From assembly GCA_902462325.1 (NCBI GenBank), contig CABQBF010000001.1:11478-75477 (forward strand): DNA of 64,000 nt, written 5' to 3'. Positions 1-8,900 of the stretch are shown here, in pieces (positions within the stretch are counted from its first letter, which is position 1; every line of letters starts with the position of its first letter). Under the pieces are notes generated by a model, which had not been told where the DNA came from, ran no database searches, and worked only from the letters and a program-made list of their open reading frames with translations. Made by a program: the position numbers and the translations under genes. The DNA is from an uncultured Peptococcaceae bacterium (GTDB taxonomy: Bacteria; Bacillota; Peptococcia; Peptococcales; Peptococcaceae).

Positions 1-366
1 GGTTTGAAGGAATATAACAAAGATATCCAGATTATCGGGGTAGAACCGCTGCAATCGGCGGTGATTAACGGTCATCCGAAGGGCCCCCATAAAATTCAGG
101 GCATTGGCGCAGGGTTTATTCCGTCCATTCTGGATTTGAGCATTGTGGATGAAGTATTGATGATTGACGGCGATGACGCTATGGCGGAAGCCAGAATGCT
201 GGCCAAAACCCAGGGCATTCTGGTAGGTATCTCGTCTGGGGCTGCTGCTTTGGCAGCCGAACGGATTGCCAGCCGTCCAGAAAATGCAGGAAAACGTATC
301 GTTGTAATATTACCGGATACGGGAGAGCGATATTTATCGACTGAGCTGTTCCGGGAAACAAATTAG
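1..366 (+). CDS. cysK: cysteine synthase A (O-acetylserine sulfhydrylase), C-terminal part; the 5' end lies outside the window
   Basis: The reading frame is open from base 1. The translation (IQIIGVEP...[12 protein letters not shown]...GISSGAA...[11 protein letters not shown]) matches the conserved PLP-dependent CysK C-terminal half. Confidence 0.85.
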   Translation, partial: GLKEYNKDIQIIGVEPLQSAVINGHPKGPHKIQGIGAGFIPSILDLSIVDEVLMIDGDDAMAEARMLAKTQGILVGISSGAAALAAERIASRPENAGKRIVVILPDTGERYLSTELFRETN

Positions 367-378
367 GAGGAATTTTGC

Positions 379-1017
379 ATGGAGTTTGCAGATAAGCCGG
401 AGCAAGAGATTATTGAAGCAGCGCAACAGGGAAATGAAGCGGCCATGGAACATCTGCTGAAACGGTATCAGGGTTTGATGAGCTACATTTGTGATAAGTA
501 TTATCTGAAAGATGGGGAACGGGACGATTTGATGCAGGAGGCTATGATTGGCTTTGTGCAGAGCGTAAAATGCTACAAGCCGGAAAGCGGCAAACAGTTT
601 AAAAATTTTGCCTATCTGTGCATCAAGCGGGAACTGGATTCCTGCGTAAAACGCTCCAACCGGAAAAAGCACATGGTACTGAATGACGCGGTGTCTATGT
701 CCAATTACAATGAAAACGATGAGCAGATGGAAGACAAGGCCGCTTATCTCATTGAACGGGATGCCAGCGGTGAAATCGTGTCGCCGGAAAACACCATCGT
801 AGAACGGGAAACCTATGCCGAAATTATGCAGAAAATCACCTCTCTGTTGTCTAAAATGGAGCTGAATGTGCTGATTATGCGTATGATGGGCATGTCCTAT
901 AATGAAATCACTCTGGCCCTGCAACTGGAAAATAAATCGGTGGATAACGCTGTGCAGCGTATCCGCAAAAAAGTGAACAAATCCAAAGCGTTGAATTTCT
1001 GTGTAGACGGAATTTAA
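379..1017 (+). CDS. sigH: sigma-70 family RNA polymerase sigma factor, SigH-like
   Basis: 212 aa with an AGGAGG RBS 8 nt upstream. Region 2 (DLMQEAMIGF), the RKKH..LN motif and the C-terminal KSVDNAVQRIRKKV resemble Bacillus SigH. Confidence 0.75.
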   Translation: MEFADKPEQEIIEAAQQGNEAAMEHLLKRYQGLMSYICDKYYLKDGERDDLMQEAMIGFVQSVKCYKPESGKQFKNFAYLCIKRELDSCVKRSNRKKHMVLNDAVSMSNYNENDEQMEDKAAYLIERDASGEIVSPENTIVERETYAEIMQKITSLLSKMELNVLIMRMMGMSYNEITLALQLENKSVDNAVQRIRKKVNKSKALNFCVDGI

Positions 1018-1026
1018 GCTGATAAG

Positions 1027-1073
1027 AACACCGCAGCTCGGTTTTGTTTGAAAAATCGGACTGCGGTGTTTTT
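1027..1073 (+). terminator. rho-independent terminator after sigH
   Basis: AACACCGCAG (1027-1036) pairs with CTGCGGTGTT (1061-1070) and is followed by a T-run. Confidence 0.6.
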
Positions 1074-1078
1074 GTAAT

Positions 1079-1094
1079 TGTTTCACGTGAAACA
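1079..1094. promoter_or_regulatory. perfect 16-bp palindrome TGTTTCACGTGAAACA upstream of the Crp/Fnr gene; candidate operator
   Basis: The palindrome is read directly from the sequence. It lies about 40 bp upstream of a TTGACA(1133-1138)-17-TACGAT promoter candidate. Confidence 0.3.
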
Positions 1095-1185
1095 TTCTGT
1101 TAAAGGCGGACGTTTCGTGAAAAAAGCGCTGCTTGACAAGAAAGTCGGTTATCAGTACGATATAGAGAAAAAAGGAGGAATGGGT

Positions 1186-1842
1186 ATGCCTTTTCGTGAT
1201 TTACCCGGTGTGACTTTGTGCCGCTTCAAGCGGGGCGATTATCTGATTCGTGCCGGAGAACAGGTGGAATATGTATATTATTTGCTGAAAGGCACTGTGT
1301 ATCGGGAATCGGTGACAGATGCCGGCCGTGAGCGCATTTTAAGCAGCAAGGCCAGTGGTGATATTGTACAGTCTTTAGTGGGCATTTTGATTTTATATCG
1401 TCGGCCGGATACAGGTGTTTCCAGCAATGATTTTATTGCCCATACCAATTGTGCCTGCTATCGCATTCCCAAAGATGTTTGCATGGAGTATTTGCGCCGT
1501 CGTCCTGCTTTGCTGGAGGATGTGGTTCGTACTGCTATGGACGAATATATGCGGTTAATGGCGTTGTTTCAGGTTAAAGAAGAAGGACATGTGGCTGGGC
1601 AGCTTTGCAATTTGTTACTGGAGAGAGGGCGCGAAACAGAGCAGGGGTTGCTGGTGTCCAAAAAGTTTACCAATGTGGAGATGGCAAAATTTCTTTCGGT
1701 GCATAAAGTGACAGTAGCGCGTATTTTGCGCGTTTTAAAAGAAGAAGGTTCGGTAGCTCGCACAACGGAAGGGCTGCTTTTGAAAAATCCGGAAAAGCTG
1801 CAGCAATATGCGGAGAATAAGTTGGAATTAAAATACAAATAA
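1186..1842 (+). CDS. Crp/Fnr family transcriptional regulator
   Basis: It has an N-terminal cNMP-binding-like fold (GDYLIRAGEQVEYVYYLLKGTV) and a C-terminal HTH (TNVEMAKFLSVHKVTVARILRVLKEEG). The start was chosen at the ATG 7 nt after AAAGGAGG; the ORF track extends to 1078. Confidence 0.8.
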   Translation: MPFRDLPGVTLCRFKRGDYLIRAGEQVEYVYYLLKGTVYRESVTDAGRERILSSKASGDIVQSLVGILILYRRPDTGVSSNDFIAHTNCACYRIPKDVCMEYLRRRPALLEDVVRTAMDEYMRLMALFQVKEEGHVAGQLCNLLLERGRETEQGLLVSKKFTNVEMAKFLSVHKVTVARILRVLKEEGSVARTTEGLLLKNPEKLQQYAENKLELKYK

Positions 1843-1877
1843 AAAATTTGAGGAGCATGTTAGAAAGACTGTACTTT

Positions 1878-1915
1878 CCCAATGGTTAACGCACGTTAAT
1901 TATTGGGACTTTTTT
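1878..1915 (+). terminator. rho-independent terminator after the Crp/Fnr gene
   Basis: CCCAATGGTTAACG / CGTTAATTATTGGG forms a long hairpin followed by TTTTTT. Confidence 0.65.
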
Positions 1916-2074
1916 ATGACGTAAATCGACAAATAATTAACTCATGTTATTTAAAAATAATTATAGATTCGATAAAATGAAAACACAAAAGATATATAGC
2001 GATATTTGAATAAAAGCTATAGATCAATAGACACTGATTTTTTACTTTATATTTTCTTAGGAGGATGATTGATT

Positions 2075-3541
2075 ATGGGTATTCCAAGCGTATTTCCAAC
2101 AGGCACAACAATTTATGACCCAGCAAAATGCTGGAACGGCTACACACTGATTCCCATGAAAAAAATCGGCGCGATGCTGATCGACATGAACGGTAATGTG
2201 GTAAAGGTGTGGAAAAATTTTCAGGGCTTTCCCAACAAATTGCTGCCGGGCGGCTATGTATTGGGCAGCTTAGGTGTGCGTGACGCTGATTATTCTTATC
2301 AGGACCAGGCCGACTTAACTCAGTTAGATTGGAACGGCAATGTGGTGTGGAAGTTTGACCACAAAGATTATATTGAAGATGAAGGCCATGAACCGCGCTG
2401 GATGGCCCGTCAGCATCACGACTATCAGCGGGAAGGCAATCCGGTGGGATACTATGTGCCAGGTATGGAATGCAAGACGGACAGCGGCAATACGCTGATT
2501 TTATGCCACAGCGATGTGTACAATAAGCGCATTTCTGACAAACGTCTGTTGGATGACACCATTATTGAAGTAGACTGGGAAGGCAATATTGTATGGGAAT
2601 GGACGGTGAACAAACATTTCAACGAGCTGGGCTTCTCTGAAGCAGCTAAAAATGTATTGTTCCGCAATCCAAATATTCATCACACCCAGAATGGCGAAAT
2701 GTGCGACTGGATGCATATCAACTCCATGAGCACATTGGGGCCAAACAAATGGTATGATGCCGGCGATGAACGGTTCCATCCTGATAATATTATCTGGGAT
2801 GCCCGTGAATCTAATATTATGGCTATCATCAGCAAGAAAACCGGTAAAATCGTATGGCAGATTGGGCCAGACTTTACCGTAAACAAAGAACTGCGCCGCA
2901 TTGGTCAGATTATCGGTCAGCATCATTGTCACATGATTCCAAAAGGTCTGCCAGGTGAAGGCAATATTTTAATCTTCGATAATGGCGGCTGGGCTGGTTA
3001 TGGCTTGCCAGACCGCATGAGCAAAGACGGTACCAAGGTGGATATCCGTGACCACTCCCGCGTGCTGGAAATTAACCCTGTAACGCTGGAAGTGGTATGG
3101 AGCTTCAAAGGCAGCGATTTGCGGGAAGGTATGATGGCAATGTGTGAAAACACAGCCTTCTACAGCCAGCTGGTAAGCTCGGCACAGCGCCTGCCCAATG
3201 GCAATACCATGATTACAGAAGGCAGCTTTGCCCGCATTTTTGAAGTAACGCCGGAAAAAGAAATCGTCTGGGAATTTAAAAACCCATTTGAGCATGACGG
3301 CGCTGCTATGATTTATCGTTCCTATCGGTACCCATACGAATATGTACCGCAGGTAGAAAAACCGGTAGAAATACCAGTAGCGAAAGTAGACAATATGACC
3401 TTCCGTATGCCTGGCGCTGCTTCCTGTGAATTGCAGAACGTGACAGAAGTTCCAGAAGCATTAGGCTACAGTTCTAAAATTGCAGCCTGTGTAACAGAAG
3501 AAACTATGGAAGATGATGAAGAAATAGGTGCAAAATTCTAA
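2075..3541 (+). CDS. arylsulfotransferase (ASST) family protein, no signal peptide
   Basis: 488 aa. The N-terminus (PTGTTIYDPAKCWNGYTL), HHDYQREGNP and WMHINS resemble ASST beta-propeller family proteins as I remember them. The ATG lies 10 nt after AGGAGG. Confidence 0.55.
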   Translation: MGIPSVFPTGTTIYDPAKCWNGYTLIPMKKIGAMLIDMNGNVVKVWKNFQGFPNKLLPGGYVLGSLGVRDADYSYQDQADLTQLDWNGNVVWKFDHKDYIEDEGHEPRWMARQHHDYQREGNPVGYYVPGMECKTDSGNTLILCHSDVYNKRISDKRLLDDTIIEVDWEGNIVWEWTVNKHFNELGFSEAAKNVLFRNPNIHHTQNGEMCDWMHINSMSTLGPNKWYDAGDERFHPDNIIWDARESNIMAIISKKTGKIVWQIGPDFTVNKELRRIGQIIGQHHCHMIPKGLPGEGNILIFDNGGWAGYGLPDRMSKDGTKVDIRDHSRVLEINPVTLEVVWSFKGSDLREGMMAMCENTAFYSQLVSSAQRLPNGNTMITEGSFARIFEVTPEKEIVWEFKNPFEHDGAAMIYRSYRYPYEYVPQVEKPVEIPVAKVDNMTFRMPGAASCELQNVTEVPEALGYSSKIAACVTEETMEDDEEIGAKF

Positions 3542-3810
3542 AATAAGAAATAGAGGGGCAAGCTCGAATATACGGCAAAATGGCTGTATATTCGGGAACG
3601 CCCATAGTTAGCGCTTGTTAAACGTAATGCCAGATAGTTTGGAATATTATACGTTTTTAAGCGTATGAAAATATACGGCTGAAGCATAACATCTGATATT
3701 TATATAAGGTTATACGATGACATGATTTGAAATCTTATTATTGAAGATATAGGCTAAAGCCTAATAATGGAAATGTATACCTTTTAGGTATGAAAAAGGA
3801 GCGAACGCTA

Positions 3811-5289
3811 ATGGCTGAAAAAACAGAGAAAGTAAAATGGACGTATTGGCTGCATATTGTCATTGGGATGTTTTTTATGCTGGTATTTCCACAATTGACA
3901 CCCTTTGAGCCGGTAACAACAGTTGGGATGGCTGTTATGGGCGTATTTATTGGGATGGTATATTTGTGGTCTACACTGGACAGTATTTGGCCTAGCCTGT
4001 TAGGGCTGCTGTTGGTGGCGATAGCCGGTTATGTGCCAGAATTGGAGGGCTATGCTGCTGTAAAGGATCTGTTTCTGAATGCGTTTGGTTCGGAAACGGT
4101 TCTGGTGTGTTTGTTTGGTATGATTTTATTTGCCGGTGTAGAATATGTAGGCTGTACCAAGTATATGGCGCGGTTCTTCATGAGCCGCAAGGTGTTGGAA
4201 GGACGTCCTTATATATTTTTGTTTATTTTCTTCTTATGTTCCTATGTAATCGCTGGGTTGACCAATCCCATGGCTTCTATGCTGATTTTGTGGCCTATTG
4301 CCATTGAAATTTGCGGCAACTTCGGCTATAAAAAGGGCGATAAAATTTTCTATACGATGATTTGCGGAGTTTATCTGGCCTCCACCTTAGGCCAGCCTAT
4401 GTTGCCAATTAAGGGCGCGCAGTATGTTATCGTCAGTGCGTTTGAAAAAACTAGCGGTTTGGCTGTAAATTATGCCGGCTTTATTGCGTATAACTGGATC
4501 ATGTCTGTTATTCTGTTGGCACTCTTTTTACTGTTTGTACGTTTTGGATTACGTCCCGATGTAGAAGGCTTCAAAAAAATCACGGTGGCAGACCTGACCA
4601 AAGAAAAACTGCCGAAAATGAATGCGCAGCAAATAGCATTTTTCCTGATGATCATTTTGTATATTGCAGGCGTATTGCTGCCGAGTTTTCTGCCCCAAAC
4701 CATTCCGGTTATCGGTTTCCTGAAAAGTATTGGCCTCTTAGGCGTTACTTCATTATGTATTGTGGCGTTGATGGTAATTCCTTATAAGGGCAAGCCAATG
4801 ATGGATTTTCGTGGTATTGCGAAAAAATCTTTCTCTTGGGATATTTTCTTTTTGGTAGCTGCAGCTTTGTATGTGTGCAATGCTATGACTGCTGAATCTA
4901 CCGGTATTAAACCATTCCTGGTGCAGGTGCTGCAGCCGCTGTTAGGTGGAAAACCGGAGTTTGTATTTGTATTCTTATTGCTGGCCTTTGCGCTGATTAC
5001 AACCAACTTTGCCAACAATGCAGGGATGGCTGTTGTGCTAATTCCTGTAGTATTGGCCTTTGCCGACCAGTATCCAATGGTAGAACCAACTGTAATCTGC
5101 ATGTCCATCTGCATGATGGTTTTCGTAGCGTTGCTGACGCCAGCAGCTTCTCCCTATTGCGGTATGTTGCATGCTCGGAAGGACTTGGTAGAATATAAAG
5201 AAATTATTCAGTTGTTCTTACCAGTAGTGTGCTTTGCCATTGTTGTATATACATTTATTGGCTATCCAATTGCAAAAATTCTGTTTTAA
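3811..5289 (+). CDS. polytopic anion permease (SLC13/CitMHS-like ion-transporter superfamily)
   Basis: About 490 aa and highly hydrophobic, with more than 10 predicted TM segments. The family assignment is by general resemblance only. The start was chosen at the ATG 9 nt after AAGGAG. Confidence 0.5.
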   Translation: MAEKTEKVKWTYWLHIVIGMFFMLVFPQLTPFEPVTTVGMAVMGVFIGMVYLWSTLDSIWPSLLGLLLVAIAGYVPELEGYAAVKDLFLNAFGSETVLVCLFGMILFAGVEYVGCTKYMARFFMSRKVLEGRPYIFLFIFFLCSYVIAGLTNPMASMLILWPIAIEICGNFGYKKGDKIFYTMICGVYLASTLGQPMLPIKGAQYVIVSAFEKTSGLAVNYAGFIAYNWIMSVILLALFLLFVRFGLRPDVEGFKKITVADLTKEKLPKMNAQQIAFFLMIILYIAGVLLPSFLPQTIPVIGFLKSIGLLGVTSLCIVALMVIPYKGKPMMDFRGIAKKSFSWDIFFLVAAALYVCNAMTAESTGIKPFLVQVLQPLLGGKPEFVFVFLLLAFALITTNFANNAGMAVVLIPVVLAFADQYPMVEPTVICMSICMMVFVALLTPAASPYCGMLHARKDLVEYKEIIQLFLPVVCFAIVVYTFIGYPIAKILF

Positions 5290-5399
5290 CAGCTTTGGCT
5301 AAGCGTCTATAGTACTTTTCAAACTGTCGCTTCTGTAGAGTTATCTGCCGGAGCGGCAGTTGCGCTTTCTATAAAAAATTACAGTAGGGGGGACTCTTC

Positions 5400-6830
5400 G
5401 TGTCTGGCAAAATCACAACAAATAAAACGCTTCTCACACTGATTTTGCTTATGATTGCAGGCACCAATTTTGTGGCGATGATTAATACCACAGCAGTAAC
5501 GATTTTGCTGCCGGTGTTTATGAAGCAGTTTGAAGTGGATATGATTCTTACTCAGTGGGTGGTTACAGCATACATTTTGGCGAACTGTACGATTGCGCCA
5601 ATTGTAGGCTTCATCTCTGATAGAATGGGAATAAAGCGGACTTTTTTACTGGCAGTCAGCGGCTTTGCCATTTTTACATTTTTGCTGGGTTGCTCCGGCA
5701 CCATTTACATAGTGATTGGGCTGCGTATTTTTCAGGGATTGTTTGGCGGTATGCTGATGCCATTAACGCAATCTATGATTTATCAGCTTTTTCCGTCGCA
5801 CAAGCAGGCGCAAGCCATTAGTATTTGGGCTACTACTAATTTAATTGCGCCTACGATTGCGCCAAGCCTGGCTGGTATTATTTCTGATTTGCTGAGCTGG
5901 CGCTGGATATTTTTACTGGAGGTACCGATTTTGATAATTGTATTGGCCGCTGCTATGAAGTTAATTCCAAAACAGCAGCCAAGAAGTGTGGAGCAGCATG
6001 CTTTTGACTTTGCAGGTTTGTTGCTGTCGGTATTTGGTAGTGTTGCTTTGTTGTTAGCTTTCAGTAATATTACAGTGTGGGGATTATGCAGCGTGCCGGT
6101 TATTGCGCTGACAGTCGGCGGTTTAGGTGCGTTAAGCTTATTTTTTTATCTGGAAAACAAAAAAGAACATCCATTGCTTCACGTGAAAGTGTTTGGGTAT
6201 GAGGGATTCCTCAGCAGTGTGATTTTATTGTGCGTAGGCAGTATTTTGATTAATGCGTCTAATAATATTTTTCCCGTATTTTTGCAGGATGTGCAGGGAT
6301 TTAGTACCACGCAAGCAGCGTTTATTATGCTGCCGGGGCCGCTGTTTATTATGTTTTTAGTTCCTTTGATGGGCAAATATTATGATTCCATAGGCCCACA
6401 GCGTATGCTGTATGGCATTATGACATTTGGAATTCTGGCCTGTATTGCACTGGGCAGTATTCACATGGAAACCACAATTCCATTTATTATTTTTGCCTTA
6501 ATTTTGCGGGATATCGGGGCTGGAACGCTGAATATGCCAGCCACCAATATGGGAATGCAGGCGGTGCCTATGGTTTATGCCACCCATGCTGCGGCTGTAA
6601 CTTCTTGGGCGCGGCAATGCGTAATTTCTCTGACAATCGGTTTGGCTAATACGTTTCAGACGGCGCGCACAAGCTATTATCAGAATATTCTGTCGGTGCA
6701 AGAAGAAGGCATGCGCTATGCGCAAAGCTACAGCATGGCGATGGACGATTTATTTCATGTGCTGATTCTGTTTTTTATAATCGGTTTTGCAGCGGTGTAT
6801 TTCTCTAAGTCAAGAAACGTTCAAACATGA
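5400..6830 (+). CDS. MFS transporter, DHA2 (EmrB/QacA-like, 14-TMS) family
   Basis: 476 aa with motif-A-like GFISDRMGIKRTF and the LRIFQGLFGG motif. GTG start 7 nt after GGGGGG. Confidence 0.75.
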   Translation: MSGKITTNKTLLTLILLMIAGTNFVAMINTTAVTILLPVFMKQFEVDMILTQWVVTAYILANCTIAPIVGFISDRMGIKRTFLLAVSGFAIFTFLLGCSGTIYIVIGLRIFQGLFGGMLMPLTQSMIYQLFPSHKQAQAISIWATTNLIAPTIAPSLAGIISDLLSWRWIFLLEVPILIIVLAAAMKLIPKQQPRSVEQHAFDFAGLLLSVFGSVALLLAFSNITVWGLCSVPVIALTVGGLGALSLFFYLENKKEHPLLHVKVFGYEGFLSSVILLCVGSILINASNNIFPVFLQDVQGFSTTQAAFIMLPGPLFIMFLVPLMGKYYDSIGPQRMLYGIMTFGILACIALGSIHMETTIPFIIFALILRDIGAGTLNMPATNMGMQAVPMVYATHAAAVTSWARQCVISLTIGLANTFQTARTSYYQNILSVQEEGMRYAQSYSMAMDDLFHVLILFFIIGFAAVYFSKSRNVQT

Positions 6831-6879
6831 ATCAAAACAATTTTTATGAGTTGTAAAATAATCACGTGAGTGTTTATGA

Positions 6880-6978
6880 AAGCCTTTTTACAGGATACAG
6901 TTATTCCTGCCGATGGTCATAATCGCGGTACTTGTCTATACTTTTATTGGTTATCCAATCGCGAAGATATTATTTTAA
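6880..6978 (+). pseudogene. 3'-terminal remnant of a paralogue of the 3811-5289 permease
   Basis: It translates as KPFYRIQLFLPMVIIAVLVYTFIGYPIAKILF*. The intact gene ends EYKEIIQLFLPVVCFAIVVYTFIGYPIAKILF*. An in-frame stop lies immediately upstream (6877-6879). Confidence 0.65.
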
Positions 6979-7022
6979 TGCAGACATTCTAACGAGTTGT
7001 GCCGTTATAAAACAGTTTTGAA

Positions 7023-7072
7023 CAACTGCCGCTTTTGCAGAGCTGTGCTGCGGAAGCGGCAGTTGCTTTTTT
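7023..7072 (+). terminator. rho-independent terminator, homologous to the hairpin downstream of the intact permease (about 5321-5370)
   Basis: CAACTGCCGCTT / AAGCGGCAGTTG stem followed by CTTTTTT. Confidence 0.7.
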
Positions 7073-7260
7073 GATATCTGCCAATCCCACTAGCCGCAAT
7101 AAAATTTTTTCATTGCAGCGTTTTATTGTAATGGTCTGTATCTGCGTGACTGTTGGCGCTGTTTGCAAAATTCCTTCTTTCGCAGTATGATAAAGATATG
7201 ACAGGTTCAGAATATCAGCAACGACGGCGGTCTTATTGCGCAGGTTGCAAAGGGAAGGAC

Positions 7261-7959
7261 GTGGTGATATTGAAGCAAAAGCTGGTGTATCGTGGGATTT
7301 GTTATTTGATTGGGCTTGTGGTGCTGGCCTTGGGTTTGAGTTTGAACACGAAAGCGGGTTTGGGCGTATCGCCCATTATTTCGGTTTCTTATTGTGTATC
7401 GCAACTGCTGCACAATAGCTTTGCCGATATGACCATGCTGCTTTACAGCGGTTTTATCGTGATAGAAATGGTGTTACATCTGGCGAAGCGAAAAGGGACA
7501 GCGGTGCTTGTGCAGGATTTGCTGCAGTTGCCGCTCAGTTTGATTTTTACCCGTTTTATGAATATATTTGTGCTGTGCATTCCCGATTTTTCCACTGCCT
7601 ATGCTGGTCGTTTGCTGGGCAGCCTGCCCTTTCGCATTGTGGTGCTGTTGTTGGCCATTGGATTGACTGGAATCGGCGCGGCAATGTCGCTGAATATGCG
7701 CATTATTGCCAATCCGGGCGATGGGATTGTACAAGCCATTGCCGATTATACCGGAAAAAGCGTAGGGCTGATGAAAAATTGCGTGGACGCCTCCTGCATT
7801 GCGTTGGCATTGGTTATCGGCTTTGCAGCGGCCCACAGCGTTGTTGGTGTAGGCATAGGTACTATTTTGGCTATGATTGGTACCGGCAGAGTGATTGCCA
7901 TATTTAATTATTGGTGTATGCAAAACATGCTGCGCAAAGCAGGCTTGCCAACCCGATAG
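7261..7959 (+). CDS. YczE/YitT-like integral membrane protein (function unknown)
   Basis: Hydrophobic protein (LGLSLNTKAGLGVSPI motif). The start is uncertain, with GTG 7261/7264 or TTG 7270 after GGGAAGGA. The ORF track extends to 7153. Confidence 0.45.
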   Translation: MVILKQKLVYRGICYLIGLVVLALGLSLNTKAGLGVSPIISVSYCVSQLLHNSFADMTMLLYSGFIVIEMVLHLAKRKGTAVLVQDLLQLPLSLIFTRFMNIFVLCIPDFSTAYAGRLLGSLPFRIVVLLLAIGLTGIGAAMSLNMRIIANPGDGIVQAIADYTGKSVGLMKNCVDASCIALALVIGFAAAHSVVGVGIGTILAMIGTGRVIAIFNYWCMQNMLRKAGLPTR

Positions 7960-8178
7960 ATGGAGAAATTGTGAAAAGCCTGTAATGGCAGGGTTCGGGA
8001 AGATTGGACAACTGGCTTGCTCGTTTTATGCTGTGGGATAGACTATTTTGGTGTATTTCGCCATGAAAACTTTGATAGTAAAAATTGGCATATTTTTGTG
8101 GTAGTCGGGCCGTTCATCATGTATAATGATAAAGAATACCGTATGCAACGATAACGAACTGAGGATGAGGTGGCCGCA

Positions 8179-8796
8179 ATGGATTTTGGATATATCAGAA
8201 TTTTAGAGCAAGAGGAAAAGGATCGAGCGCTCAGAGATAAAGTGCTGGAGATGCTGGAGGATGAGCGCACGCTTTTTGTGGATATCCGCAATAAAGATTA
8301 TACGAGACCGGCGTATGAGCGAATGTGCGATATGATACAGCCTGGAGATGTCATCTATGTTGATGAACTGGACAGCCTGGGCCGTACTTATGAAGACATG
8401 GCTGCGGAATGGTATCGGTTGACCCATGATTGGACCATTGATGTAGTGGTACTCAGCGACAGGGTGCAGTTGGACAGCCGTGTGTTCCGGCAACTAGGCG
8501 AAGAAGGAAAGCGACTGGAGCGGCAGATGCTGGATTTACTGGTGTATATGGCTGAGCTGCAGCATCGCAGAACGCGGGATAACCAGCGGGAAGGTATTGA
8601 AAGGGCACGACGGGAGGGCCGTCGCTTTGGGCGGCCTTCTATGGTGAAAGACCCGGTGTTGATGGAAAAAACCGCGCAGCGTTGGGCGGATGGCGAGCTT
8701 TCTATCGATGAGGTGTGTACAATTATCGGCGGCGGGCGCAGCACAGTGTATCAGTATATGAAGAATCATGGCTATACCAGAAAAAAGGAAGAATAG
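8179..8796 (+). CDS. serine-recombinase (resolvase/invertase) homologue with substituted catalytic residues and a retained C-terminal HTH
   Basis: It has the resolvase layout, namely GYIR..(Q)[17 protein letters not shown], a long helix E and a C-terminal [11 protein letters not shown]. The canonical R-V-S-T is R-I-L-E here. Confidence 0.6.
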   Translation: MDFGYIRILEQEEKDRALRDKVLEMLEDERTLFVDIRNKDYTRPAYERMCDMIQPGDVIYVDELDSLGRTYEDMAAEWYRLTHDWTIDVVVLSDRVQLDSRVFRQLGEEGKRLERQMLDLLVYMAELQHRRTRDNQREGIERARREGRRFGRPSMVKDPVLMEKTAQRWADGELSIDEVCTIIGGGRSTVYQYMKNHGYTRKKEE

Positions 8797-8900
8797 CGGA
8801 GAAGGCTGCTGTAGCGGAAAATTTGCAGCGGCTTTTTTGTTTCTGTTTCATAAAAAAGCTATTTTGTGGAATACTATACATGCGTGGAAGGAGAATGAAG

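Noticed and set aside
8715-8900. Long N-terminal extensions offered by the ORF track (8715 for the YyaL-like gene; also 1078, 7153, 13075, 24569, 36777, 37499, 42519, 49043 and 60324).
   Set aside because: The conserved protein N-termini and good RBS spacing point to internal start codons. The extensions overlap upstream genes, terminators or promoters.
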